A stretch of DNA of 64,000 nt from an uncultured Chloroflexia bacterium. GTDB taxonomy: Bacteria; Chloroflexota; Chloroflexia; QHBQ01; JADMIH01. The translations under genes were made by a program, and so were the position numbers. The stretch spans positions 96,001 through 160,000 of the forward strand of contig CAWCNY010000004.1 in NCBI GenBank assembly GCA_963797095.1, given 5' to 3'. The notes beneath the pieces are model-generated. The model was not told where the DNA came from. It saw only the letters and a program-made list of their open reading frames with translations, and ran no database searches. Shown here one piece after another: positions 28,580 through 37,023 of this stretch; position 1 is the first letter of the stretch, and each line of letters starts with the position of its first letter.

Positions 28580-28601
28580 CTTTTCACCTCCGGCAAATCT
28601 T

Positions 28602-28643
28602 ACGGCCCTGGCGGCGTAAATCCCCTGACGCCGCCAGGGCCGT
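28602..28643. repeat. Perfect 16-bp inverted repeat in the leader of the protease operon
   Basis: acggccctggcggcgt-10nt-acgccgccagggccgt. Confidence 0.8.
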
Positions 28644-28714
28644 CTGCTCTAATTATGCAGAGGCCCGAGGGCAAATGCTTCTACCTTCGGGCCTAATTCT
28701 CCTCTATCGCCTGG

Positions 28715-28804
28715 CTAGTAGTCTGTCAAGCCTAATCTGCTAGGTAGCAGCAACGGCAGCTCAGTCGTAACGCTCCTACCAAATGCCGCTTGACAGACTA
28801 CTAG
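28715..28804. repeat. 90-bp element with perfect 17-bp terminal inverted repeats (MITE-like or structured RNA)
   Basis: ctagtagtctgtcaagc ... gcttgacagactactag; interior also self-complementary. Confidence 0.65.
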
Positions 28805-28818
28805 TTTGTCTTTGGCTA

Positions 28819-29037
28819 TCAGTCAAACAAAAGCCCCAATTCCCTGGCTCGCGCCACTGCCGCGCCGCGCCCGCGCCCCTGCACACCCAACTTCTGGTAT
28901 ATCTGTGCCAGGTGAAACTTCACAGTGCCAACCCCCAGGTTCATCCTGCCTGCGATCTCCTTGTTCGATAGACCTGCTGCCAACAGACTTAGCGTGGTCT
29001 CCTCCTGGGGCGTAAGCCTCTCGTATACAGCCTCCAC
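28819..29037 (-). CDS. LuxR-type HTH domain without receiver
   Basis: LTPQE...LLAAGLSNKEIA...TVKFHLAQIYQKLGV. Confidence 0.85.
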   Translation of the reverse strand: MEAVYERLTPQEETTLSLLAAGLSNKEIAGRMNLGVGTVKFHLAQIYQKLGVQGRGRGAAVARARELGLLFD

Positions 29038-29058
29038 GCGATCTGCCTGGGTTCCCGC

Positions 29059-29490
29059 TCAACTCCTTCCGGGCTGTGCTCCAGTCTCGCCGTAGGGCAC
29101 GCTCAGTTCAAGTCTCAAACCATATCCCCTGCCCGATGATAGGGACAAGGTGCCGCCGAGCATGCCAATGTCGGCGTAGCAAGAGAAGATGGCTCGCTCT
29201 GTTGCCGCCCGGCTGCCGGCATCCAGGGTTCCATCATGCTCCACGCGAACATTGAGTGCTTCATCGCTGTAGGAAAGCTCAAGAGCAGCGTGGTGTAGCT
29301 CGCGCGCCGAGCGCGCCGATGCGACAACAGCACCAACCGTATCGGCAAGAATTTCTCGGCCACGCCCGCCGACTTCGGAGGGCCGCCCCAGCAGGCGCAG
29401 GTCCAGGTCAACCTCCCGCTCGTCGGCCAGTGACCTGACCCCAGCCCACAATTCGGTAACAAGCTCTGAGATGGCGATACCTGTTGCCAT
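29059..29490 (-). CDS. Degenerate HATPase_c-like domain (NarX/DesK type)
   Basis: VRVEHDG and LGGTLSLSSGRGYGLRLELSVP resemble G1 and C-terminal strands; N-box and GxGL absent. Confidence 0.6.
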   Translation of the reverse strand: MATGIAISELVTELWAGVRSLADEREVDLDLRLLGRPSEVGGRGREILADTVGAVVASARSARELHHAALELSYSDEALNVRVEHDGTLDAGSRAATERAIFSCYADIGMLGGTLSLSSGRGYGLRLELSVPYGETGAQPGRS

Positions 29491-29492
29491 GC

Positions 29493-30425
29493 CTATCCTC
29501 GGCGCTTCTCACGACTGGCTAGCAAATGGTCATAAAAGAGGTACTGCTGAGCCCAACCGGCCTTTTGAAAGTGCGTGTGATAAAAGTTCAGCACCTGAGC
29601 ATATCCCGCCGCGGTGGGCGTTTTGCTCCTCAATTGAGGCAGGTAGCGTTCACGCGTAAGTTGCCACACATGCGTATCGACGGGCACCGCCTGATCCTTC
29701 GCCATCGCAAAGAGGCACACGCAATCCGCGATCTTGGGGCCGACCCCATCTAATCGCTGTAACTCTCCGCGCGCCGTGGCATAATCCATCTTGCCAACTT
29801 CGTCCAGCCAACCCGACGGCTTGGAGGCAACCTGCGCGGCCACCTTGACGAGGTTGCCTGCCCGCCACTCCAGGCCGGTCTTCTCGCTTACCTCGTAGGG
29901 ATCGAGGCCCGCTATCACGCCAGCCTCTGGGAATCCATATGTCAACGGCTTGCCATCCGGCCCATTTATAGGCTTACCCCAGGTGCGGGCGATGATTGCT
30001 ATTGCTTTCATGATCCTGGGAATAAAGTTGGCCGTGGAGCACATGAAGGAAAGGAGACACTCCTCCGGGTCCTGCCGGACGATTCGTAGCCCATTGAACC
30101 GGTCGGCCAGCGATCCCAGGTAAGGATCGGCCTCGCGCCACGAATCGTACACGTTTTCGAGGTCAACATCCAGCCTGAAAAAGCGCTCGATGAGGCCGCG
30201 ATCAAGCTCGCCCGGATACGTGAAGAATTCAAACCTATCGACATCACGGGAGGCCACTCCCACTTTGCGTATCCGGATCATGCGGTTGCCCGTTACGACG
30301 TCCCACCAACCGTCGGGCGTCTGGCGCCATCGGAACATCTGGCCGTTGCTCAGAGTGTATTCAAGGTGCAACAACCCGTCCGGGTACTCGAGAGTGCCCG
30401 CCCGTTCTGCATCGTTCAGGCTCAT
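29493..30425 (-). CDS. ogg: 8-oxoguanine DNA glycosylase (OGG1-like, HhH-GPD)
   Basis: TLxxGQMFRW, GLRIVRQDPxECLLSF, GVGPKIADC, VPVDTHV, AGWAQQYLF. Confidence 0.9.
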   Translation of the reverse strand: MSLNDAERAGTLEYPDGLLHLEYTLSNGQMFRWRQTPDGWWDVVTGNRMIRIRKVGVASRDVDRFEFFTYPGELDRGLIERFFRLDVDLENVYDSWREADPYLGSLADRFNGLRIVRQDPEECLLSFMCSTANFIPRIMKAIAIIARTWGKPINGPDGKPLTYGFPEAGVIAGLDPYEVSEKTGLEWRAGNLVKVAAQVASKPSGWLDEVGKMDYATARGELQRLDGVGPKIADCVCLFAMAKDQAVPVDTHVWQLTRERYLPQLRSKTPTAAGYAQVLNFYHTHFQKAGWAQQYLFYDHLLASREKRRG

Positions 30426-30532
30426 GCTACTTCTCCTGATCACTTTATATCACAACCGGCAACGTTTTGGCCCAACCCCTGTCCAGATGATATAATGAGG
30501 TCGACCGGGTAGCGAATCAGAAGAACCTTAAA

Positions 30533-30901
30533 TTGGAGTCATATACCGTGAACCTGGAAATGCCTAATGCAGGAGGACCGGCGGTGAGCGTCCACACCAG
30601 CCATATGAAAGTTGCAGACATACGCGACATGCTGAACAAGGAACGATACGAGGCGCTTGATGTGCGCGACCCCATCGCAATCGCGCAAGCAGCGGAGCGT
30701 TACAACGTGCTGGATGCAGTACTGGCAAGCTTGCCGACCGACGAGATGATGGACCTCTATAGGCCTCTCCTGTCGGTTTCGCAGGCAGCCAAGCTCCTTG
30801 GTTATAAGCCAAAGGAAGTGCGCCGCCTTCTAGGACAGGGTAAGATTTCAGGGAAGAAAGTTGGTAACGAGTGGCGGGTGCCTCTCAAGGCGGTTCTCTA
30901 G
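30533..30901 (+). CDS. Small DNA-binding protein with C-terminal excisionase-type HTH
   Basis: LLSVSQAAKLLG...VRRLL..GKISGKKVGNEWRVP; TGn-TATAAT at 30491; start uncertain. Confidence 0.75.
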   Translation: MESYTVNLEMPNAGGPAVSVHTSHMKVADIRDMLNKERYEALDVRDPIAIAQAAERYNVLDAVLASLPTDEMMDLYRPLLSVSQAAKLLGYKPKEVRRLLGQGKISGKKVGNEWRVPLKAVL

Positions 30902-31095
30902 AGCCTGTAATGAAATATGGGCAGTAAGTAATGGTTTGGACGAAACGATGCGCCGTTAGAGCCGAATCGCATGTTCGGCAGCCGTCTGTTCAGCGTGCTC
31001 GCCGGGTGTATAGCTGATCTCATTATTGACAAGGCCACTTCCACCGTATCCCCTCTCATCGGATGTATCCACAGGAGATTTGTTATAATAGCCCT

Positions 31096-31410
31096 ATGTA
31101 CAAAAGAGATATTTCCAGCGGTGTAGTGCACGAAGTTCCAGAGGATTTACGGAATGCTTTGACTTCTGACCCGCAAGCGCTTGCAGTATGGGAGAGTCTT
31201 ACGCCCCTAGCACGCAATGAATGGATCTGCTGGACGATCTCCGTTAAGAAGCCGGAAACCAGAAGAGAGCATGTTGAAAGGGTGTGCTCAGAGCTTAAGG
31301 AGGGAATGCGCCGGCCATGTTGTTGGTATGGCTGTATTCACCGGACAGATAAGGCAGTTAGTCCTTCAATACAGGCAGTGGTGCTTGATAGACAATCTAA
31401 GCGCAAATAG
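31096..31410 (+). CDS. YdeI/OmpD-associated family protein
   Basis: VPEDL...WESLTPLARNEWICW...KKPETR...RRPCCWYGC. Confidence 0.85.
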   Translation: MYKRDISSGVVHEVPEDLRNALTSDPQALAVWESLTPLARNEWICWTISVKKPETRREHVERVCSELKEGMRRPCCWYGCIHRTDKAVSPSIQAVVLDRQSKRK

Positions 31411-31492
31411 CGTGTTTGCCGCCAAAAAGTGCACAACAGACTCCAGACTCTCGATAGATCACCCTCACCGGAGCGTAACGGAGGTCAAGAAC

Positions 31493-32695
31493 ATGGCAAT
31501 TGACGAACAAGCCCCATCAGTGGCGAAGGGCACAGGCGAGCAATTCGTCTCGGAGCGCACAAACGGCGTGCCGCCGTCAGGTATACGCAAGTTCTTCGAC
31601 ATCGTCGCGACCATGAAGGATGTTATCTCACTCGGCATTGGCGAACCTGACTTCGTAACACCCGAACCAATCCTGAATGCGGGTATTGAGTCGCTCCGGG
31701 CCGGACACACTTCGTACACATCCAATTCGGGCATCCTTGAGTTGCGCCAGCTTCTCTCAAGCCATCTGGAGCGCCGTTACGGAGTCAGATATGACGCGGA
31801 GAGGGATCTGCTGATCACAGTGGGCGTTAGCGAGGCCCTTCTGCTTGCCCTCATGTCGTCTCTCGAGCCGGGAAGCGAAGTGATCGTGCCGGAGCCATGC
31901 TTCGTAGCCTACCAGCCCACAGTCACTTTCGCGGGCGGAGTGCCCGTGCCCGTGCCAACCTACGTCAGCCAGAACTTCCAGGTCACCGTAGATGACCTGG
32001 AGAGGGCACGTACGCCTCGCACCCGCGCATTATTGCTCGGTTACCCTAACAATCCCACAGGAGCCGTCCTGGAGCGTTCCAGGCTGCTTGAGATCGCAGA
32101 GTGGGCGACCCAACATAACCTGTTGGTTGTCTCCGACGAGATCTACGACCGGCTGGTCTACGGCATCGACCATACGTGCGTGGCATCACTGCCCGGCATG
32201 TGGGACAGGACGATCCTCCTGGGAGGTTTTTCCAAGTCGCACGCCATGACGGGCTGGCGCATTGGATACGCTGCCGCGCCACCGGCCCTCCTGGCCGCGA
32301 TGAGAAAGGTCCACCAGTACATTATCATGTCGGCCCCTACGACGGGTCAGGAAGCGGCCATCGAGGCCCTCAAGTCGGGGGAGCCGTACGTGGAGGCGAT
32401 GCGCAACGAGTACGACCGCCGCAGGAGGCTGATCGTGGACGGCTTAAATCGCCTGGGGCTGGCATGCTTCGAGCCGCGCGGCGCATTCTACGCTTTCCCT
32501 TCTATTGAGAGCACCGGCCTCAGCGATGAGGAGTTTTCGGAGCAACTCTTGATGGAGGAGAAAGTGGCTGTCGTGCCAGGCTCAGCATTCGGCAAGTCCG
32601 GCGCGGGCCATGTGCGGGCCTCTTACGCTACCGCATACGAGAGGATCGAGGAAGCCCTGAACCGTATTGAGCGCTTCCTGGGCAAACTGAAGTAG
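31493..32695 (+). CDS. Class I/II PLP aminotransferase (aspartate/aromatic type)
   Basis: SGIRKFFD, SLGIGEPDF, YPNNPTG, SDEIY, FSKSHAMTGWRIG; SD GGAGG. Confidence 0.92.
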   Translation: MAIDEQAPSVAKGTGEQFVSERTNGVPPSGIRKFFDIVATMKDVISLGIGEPDFVTPEPILNAGIESLRAGHTSYTSNSGILELRQLLSSHLERRYGVRYDAERDLLITVGVSEALLLALMSSLEPGSEVIVPEPCFVAYQPTVTFAGGVPVPVPTYVSQNFQVTVDDLERARTPRTRALLLGYPNNPTGAVLERSRLLEIAEWATQHNLLVVSDEIYDRLVYGIDHTCVASLPGMWDRTILLGGFSKSHAMTGWRIGYAAAPPALLAAMRKVHQYIIMSAPTTGQEAAIEALKSGEPYVEAMRNEYDRRRRLIVDGLNRLGLACFEPRGAFYAFPSIESTGLSDEEFSEQLLMEEKVAVVPGSAFGKSGAGHVRASYATAYERIEEALNRIERFLGKLK

Positions 32696-32702
32696 CTTTC
32701 GG

Positions 32703-33791
32703 CTACGGCATGCCCAGCACAAGCAATTCGAGGGCTAACCTGGGATTCACATTCTCCAAGAGCTGCCGCCGTGTGTCTTGAACCAGGGCAATCGCGTCGA
32801 GGGCCGACCTGGTGCTATACTTGCGCGCCAGTGACTTGAGCACGTCCAATTGGTCTACATTGGTGACAAGTTCCGGAGCAGACTGCGTTGCAATCACATC
32901 CCTCCACCAGGTTTCCCAGTGTTGCAGCAACTCATAGACCTCCGACCGTGCATCGGTGAAGAGCCTGGCATATTGAGCAGCAGAGTTCACCCTGTCGTTG
33001 ATGTGCGCCGCAGAGAGGACGCTCAATTCCTGTAAAGCCCTCCGACGCCTCTCCAATGCGTCGCCATCGGAAAGTAACGATACAGCATAACCAAGTCGCC
33101 CGCCCGATAGCGCCGCGCCCAATTGAGCGCGCTCGTGATCAACCTCCCAATAGCTTTTAAGCGCGCCAGCCACCTGGGCACGCGACATCTCTCTGAGCGG
33201 CACCACGAAGCAACGCGAGGCAATGGTTGGCAGTACCGAGACCTCGTCGGGTGCCAGGACGACGATGACCGTGTGTGCAGGCGGTTCCTCGAGCGTCTTT
33301 AGGAGGCAGTTGGAAGCCTCCTCATTCATCCGCTCTGCATCGCCAATCATGTAGACTTTCCAACGCCCCAGGTAAGGGGTGAGGCCCACTGTGGACTGCA
33401 TCTCTCTAATTGACTCTATGCGCAGTTCCTTCGCCGGAGCGCCCTTCGCCTTGCCGCCTGTCTCTCCCATGGCCTGCGCCTGGGTTTGAAGATTAGTCTC
33501 TATGAGGTCCGGATGCGCCCAGCGTAAAAGGCGACTGCACGACGGACAGATCCCGCACGGCCGGTCAGGATACTCCTGTCCTTGCGCCGGCTCCGCCTGG
33601 CAGTTGAGCGTCATAGCAAATGCCAACGCCAGCGTGCGCTTGCCGATACCCTCAGGGCCGGTGAATAAGTAAGCGTGCGAAATCCTGTTCATCCTCAACC
33701 CGGCGCGGAGGGTCCCCACAGCGCGTTCTTGACCCAGGACGGGCCAACCGGAGGATTGTGGCTCGAATACCAGTCGTGAAATGCTGTCCAC
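32703..33791 (-). CDS. holB: DNA polymerase III delta-prime subunit
   Basis: HAYLFTGPEGIGK, Zn-binding Cys cluster, HPD, SNCLLKTLEEP, LPTIASRC, NVNPRLALE. Confidence 0.93.
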   Translation of the reverse strand: MDSISRLVFEPQSSGWPVLGQERAVGTLRAGLRMNRISHAYLFTGPEGIGKRTLALAFAMTLNCQAEPAQGQEYPDRPCGICPSCSRLLRWAHPDLIETNLQTQAQAMGETGGKAKGAPAKELRIESIREMQSTVGLTPYLGRWKVYMIGDAERMNEEASNCLLKTLEEPPAHTVIVVLAPDEVSVLPTIASRCFVVPLREMSRAQVAGALKSYWEVDHERAQLGAALSGGRLGYAVSLLSDGDALERRRRALQELSVLSAAHINDRVNSAAQYARLFTDARSEVYELLQHWETWWRDVIATQSAPELVTNVDQLDVLKSLARKYSTRSALDAIALVQDTRRQLLENVNPRLALELLVLGMP

Positions 33792-33814
33792 TATCGCACC
33801 CTTCCCGCCGGCAT

Positions 33815-34627
33815 CTAGGCCTTGCGCCCCGCCGAGGTCGGCCTGGTCCTCTCCGGTTTCGCGGAGGCGGGTATCGATACAGGGGCAAGGATATTGTTGA
33901 GCTTGCGGCGGTCGTCACTCGTCAGGATTGAGCGCACGTCCACCGAGCCGTCGCGCTCCTCCTCCATGCTCAGTTCCAGGTCACGCAGCGCCAGCCGAAG
34001 CTCGTTCACCGGTGCGGCTCCATATGTGCACCCGTTCACTTCCACATCGGGGTTGCGTGTAAAAAGCACAAGGCCCTTGACCGCCACTTCAGGTTTCCCG
34101 ACGCTATCCACCAGGGTGCGGGCCGCTGCCACCATCGGGTCAAGCTCCAGACTGGGATTGCCCACGGCCGGCTTGGAACCGGTTATCCTGTCAATAATGT
34201 TGGATTGCGCCTTCCACCTGTCGCCCTTCTCGCTGCCGGTGCAAGTCACCGGGCCAAGCGCGTCACTGGTGGTCATGACAAGAACCCCCGCAGGCATTAT
34301 GAAAAGGTGGCGCACCCACACATCGCCTACGCGCGGGTAGTGGTGTAAGCTATACTTGTTGCTGAGGCCCTTTACTTCAGCGTTTATCAGGGCATCGGCC
34401 TGCGGACCGCTACCGAGCCGGCGCTCCGCAGAGCGCGCCGACATCCAGATCGGCACGCCTACCAGCAAGAACGGATAGGCCAGGAAAATCAAGTACTGGG
34501 TTTCAGGGCTGAACGATGCAAATGACAACACAAACGAAACAAAGAAAAGCCCGATGCCGATGAATTGCCGCCGCCTGATCTTGCGGCGCTCTTCCTTCAT
34601 ATAGTCTTCGTGGATAAATATGTTCAT
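33815..34627 (-). CDS. Two-TM protein with NERD-like domain
   Basis: Two TM helices then HLFIMPAGVLV, GNP, LVLFT pattern; SD GAGGAG. Confidence 0.65.
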   Translation of the reverse strand: MNIFIHEDYMKEERRKIRRRQFIGIGLFFVSFVLSFASFSPETQYLIFLAYPFLLVGVPIWMSARSAERRLGSGPQADALINAEVKGLSNKYSLHHYPRVGDVWVRHLFIMPAGVLVMTTSDALGPVTCTGSEKGDRWKAQSNIIDRITGSKPAVGNPSLELDPMVAAARTLVDSVGKPEVAVKGLVLFTRNPDVEVNGCTYGAAPVNELRLALRDLELSMEEERDGSVDVRSILTSDDRRKLNNILAPVSIPASAKPERTRPTSAGRKA

Positions 34628-34691
34628 TGGCTCCTCGCCGTCCCCCGGTCTTGCTTGCCCGCATGGCGAGGGCCGTGTTAAGATAGACGTC

Positions 34692-35699
34692 GTGATCGAG
34701 TTTATCACATGGAACGCGCCCGTTCAAGACGCGCAGCGCTCAGGCGAACTACAACCCGACCTGAGCATTGTTATCGTTAGCTGGAATGTGCGCGAGCATT
34801 TGCTGAACTGCCTGCATTCCATATTCTCTCTGTCCGTCCGCGAAGACCTCTCGGTTGAGGTCATTGTCGTTGACAACGCTTCCACCGACGGCTCCCGTGA
34901 CGCTGTATGCGCATTCCCGGCGACAGTCATTGCAAATAAGGAGAATCAGGGGTACGGGCGAGCCAACAACGCAGGTTTGCGCGCCGCACATGGCCGCTAT
35001 TTGATGGTGCTGAACCCAGACACCATCCTCCAGCCCGGCTCCCTCAAGGCACTGCTCGTATTCGCGGACTCGCGACCGCAGGCCGCTATCGTCGCGCCAC
35101 GCCTGCTGAGCCCGGATGGCGCGGTGCAAACCGCCGCCTTCCGCTTTCCCACGCTGCCAATGGCTCTGATCGATCTCTTTCCCCCTCCGCGCTTCCTGCC
35201 AGGGCGGTTGCGCCTGCGCATCCTCAACTCCTGGTTCAATGGCCGCTATCGCGACGAACCTGATCGGATCTACCCATTCAAGATCGAACACCCATTAGGC
35301 GCTGCTTTCCTCCTTCGAAGAGACGCATACGAGCAGTGCGGCGGCTTCGACGAGTTGATCTTCATGTATTCGGAAGAGATAGACCTCGCGTTCAGGTATG
35401 CCGATTGCGGGTGGGAGTGCTGGCAGGTTCCCGGCTCGAAGATCGTCCACCTGGGCGGCCAGAGTACCAGGCAACTTCCCGACGCCATGTTTGTCGAGCT
35501 TTGGCGCTCTCGCCTTCGCATGTTCGACCGCTATCGCCCCCCACTCTCAAGGTTTCTCCTGCGATCCCTGGTGGCAGTTGCCATGCTGAGAGACTTAGGT
35601 GTTGCCAGGCTAAATATGATGAGTTCCCGGAATCGCCCCGAGGTCGGCGATCTCCGGCGAAGGGCCAAAGCGGTCCTCAGGTTAGTCACAAAGCGATGA
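34692..35699 (+). CDS. Glycosyltransferase family 2 (WbbL-like)
   Basis: LSIVIVSWN, VVDNASTDGS, LNPD, GFDE.IFMYSEEIDL, HLGGQS. Confidence 0.9.
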   Translation: MIEFITWNAPVQDAQRSGELQPDLSIVIVSWNVREHLLNCLHSIFSLSVREDLSVEVIVVDNASTDGSRDAVCAFPATVIANKENQGYGRANNAGLRAAHGRYLMVLNPDTILQPGSLKALLVFADSRPQAAIVAPRLLSPDGAVQTAAFRFPTLPMALIDLFPPPRFLPGRLRLRILNSWFNGRYRDEPDRIYPFKIEHPLGAAFLLRRDAYEQCGGFDELIFMYSEEIDLAFRYADCGWECWQVPGSKIVHLGGQSTRQLPDAMFVELWRSRLRMFDRYRPPLSRFLLRSLVAVAMLRDLGVARLNMMSSRNRPEVGDLRRRAKAVLRLVTKR

Positions 35700-36472
35700 C
35701 CAGGGACCGCTCGCCTTTGACGATAATAGCGCTGGCATGGCGCGAAGCCGACGACCTTGAGCCATGTTTCACGAGCGTTGCACCACTCATCGAACGGATT
35801 TTGGCTCGCACATTGATCGTGCTGGACCTTGAGGCCGACGAGGCCACCGTTGCCGCCGCAAATCGCGCCGCTGAACGCATAGTCACAAATAGATTCGAGA
35901 ATTTCTCGAAGCATCGTAACTTCGCTTTGTCCTGCGCCGATACAGAATGGGTCTTTTTCATCGATGCCGACGAGCGAGCCACGCCGTCGCTCTGCAATGA
36001 GATTATCGAGGTGATCAGCCGCGATGAGTGCGGGATGTGGCGCGTGCCGAGGCGCAATGTCTTTTTCGGCACAGAAGTGCGCCATGCCGGGTGGTGGCCC
36101 GACTATCAACTACGCCTCTTCAAGCGCGCAGGCGTTCACTACGACGAAACGCGCCAGGTGCACGAGATACCGGTAGCAGATCGTAGTATCTGCACGCTGC
36201 TCAACCCACTCATACACTATAACTACCGCTCCTGGGGACAATTCGTCGAAAAACAACGGGCCTACGCGCCGCTCGAAGCCCAGGCGCTTCACGCCGAAGG
36301 GACCAGCGCCAGGCTCAGAAGCCTGGTCGGTCAGCCTCTGCGTGAATTCTGGCGCAGATTCGTCCAGTATGAAGGGTGGAAGGACGGGCTGCTTGGGCTT
36401 GCCCTTTCGCTAGCTATGGCGATCTACAGGTTTCAGGTCTGCCGGAAGCTGCGTGCGCTTGACCGCTCCTGA
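35696..36472 (+). CDS. Glycosyltransferase family 2 (WaaE/KdtX-like)
   Basis: RNFAL, WVFFIDADER, GWWPDYQLRLF, VHE, GWKDG. Confidence 0.88.
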   Translation: MTRDRSPLTIIALAWREADDLEPCFTSVAPLIERILARTLIVLDLEADEATVAAANRAAERIVTNRFENFSKHRNFALSCADTEWVFFIDADERATPSLCNEIIEVISRDECGMWRVPRRNVFFGTEVRHAGWWPDYQLRLFKRAGVHYDETRQVHEIPVADRSICTLLNPLIHYNYRSWGQFVEKQRAYAPLEAQALHAEGTSARLRSLVGQPLREFWRRFVQYEGWKDGLLGLALSLAMAIYRFQVCRKLRALDRS

Positions 36473-36480
36473 GCATGACA

Positions 36481-36543
36481 TTTTCCACAGGTTTTCCACA
36501 CGGGCTCTTACTTGTTGACAACGTGGTATTCCAGGCGTATATT
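36481..36543 (+). promoter_or_regulatory. Near-consensus sigma70 promoter preceded by tandem DnaA-box-like sites
   Basis: TTTTCCACA twice (36481-36500); TTGACA(36515)-17-TATATT(36538). Confidence 0.75.
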
Positions 36544-36548
36544 TGCCT

Positions 36549-37005
36549 CTGTCGAGTGCTCCAGCGTCGAGCCATGTTTGGGGGAGACCCCACCGTAGGG
36601 GCAGCGAAACCGATCTGGTGGTTAGCGAGTGGCACACTAGCACGGGAAGGTCCTGGCACCGCAACTCAACTTGGCTGAAAGTATCGTCGAACAGTTCGCA
36701 GGTACGTTGTCCTCGAGCGGCGAACAGGCGTCCGGTTCAGCGTTATTTTCAGGCGAGAAGTGGTGCGATACCATTCGCCCTACCGCGCTCGGGAAACCGC
36801 ACAACCATTTTTCGATAGCAGGTCAGGATTACCGGAAGGTCATCTGTCCATCGAAAACGGCAGATACAGAAGCAGAACCAGCATCAACCAAGATACGCTT
36901 CCTTAAGATTGCCGCAGACGACCGGAACCAGAACGCTGCTCCATCGCATTGCTTGATCCGGTAGCATAAGGCAAAAAAAGAGGGCCCGCTTTGCAGGCCC
37001 TCTAC
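36549..37005 (+). ncRNA. Candidate structured non-coding RNA, family unrecognised
   Basis: Strong promoter, no credible ORF, several nested stems, ends at a hairpin. Confidence 0.45.
36973..37003. terminator. Terminator (clear on minus strand for ccsA, possibly bidirectional)
   Basis: aaaaaaa-gagggcc...ggccctc. Confidence 0.75.
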
Positions 37006-37023
37006 TTCCGTTTTGGTGACAGG

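Noticed and set aside
29059-29061. Selenocysteine at the in-frame TGA
   Set aside because: Linker position, no redox motif and no convincing SECIS hairpin.
36481-36520. Replication origin
   Set aside because: Only two or three boxes, no AT-rich unwinding element and no dnaA/dnaN nearby.
36652-36662. T-box-like TGGCACC; nearby glycine- and cobalamin-riboswitch-like fragments
   Set aside because: Flanking conserved elements are absent and there is no downstream gene on the same strand.
36819-36846. SRP RNA-like CAGGTCAGG...CCGGAAGG
   Set aside because: The required AGCAG strand after the GGAA loop is missing and spacing differs.
36671-36964. 97 aa ORF in the ncRNA candidate region
   Set aside because: TTG start, no SD, no recognisable protein features.
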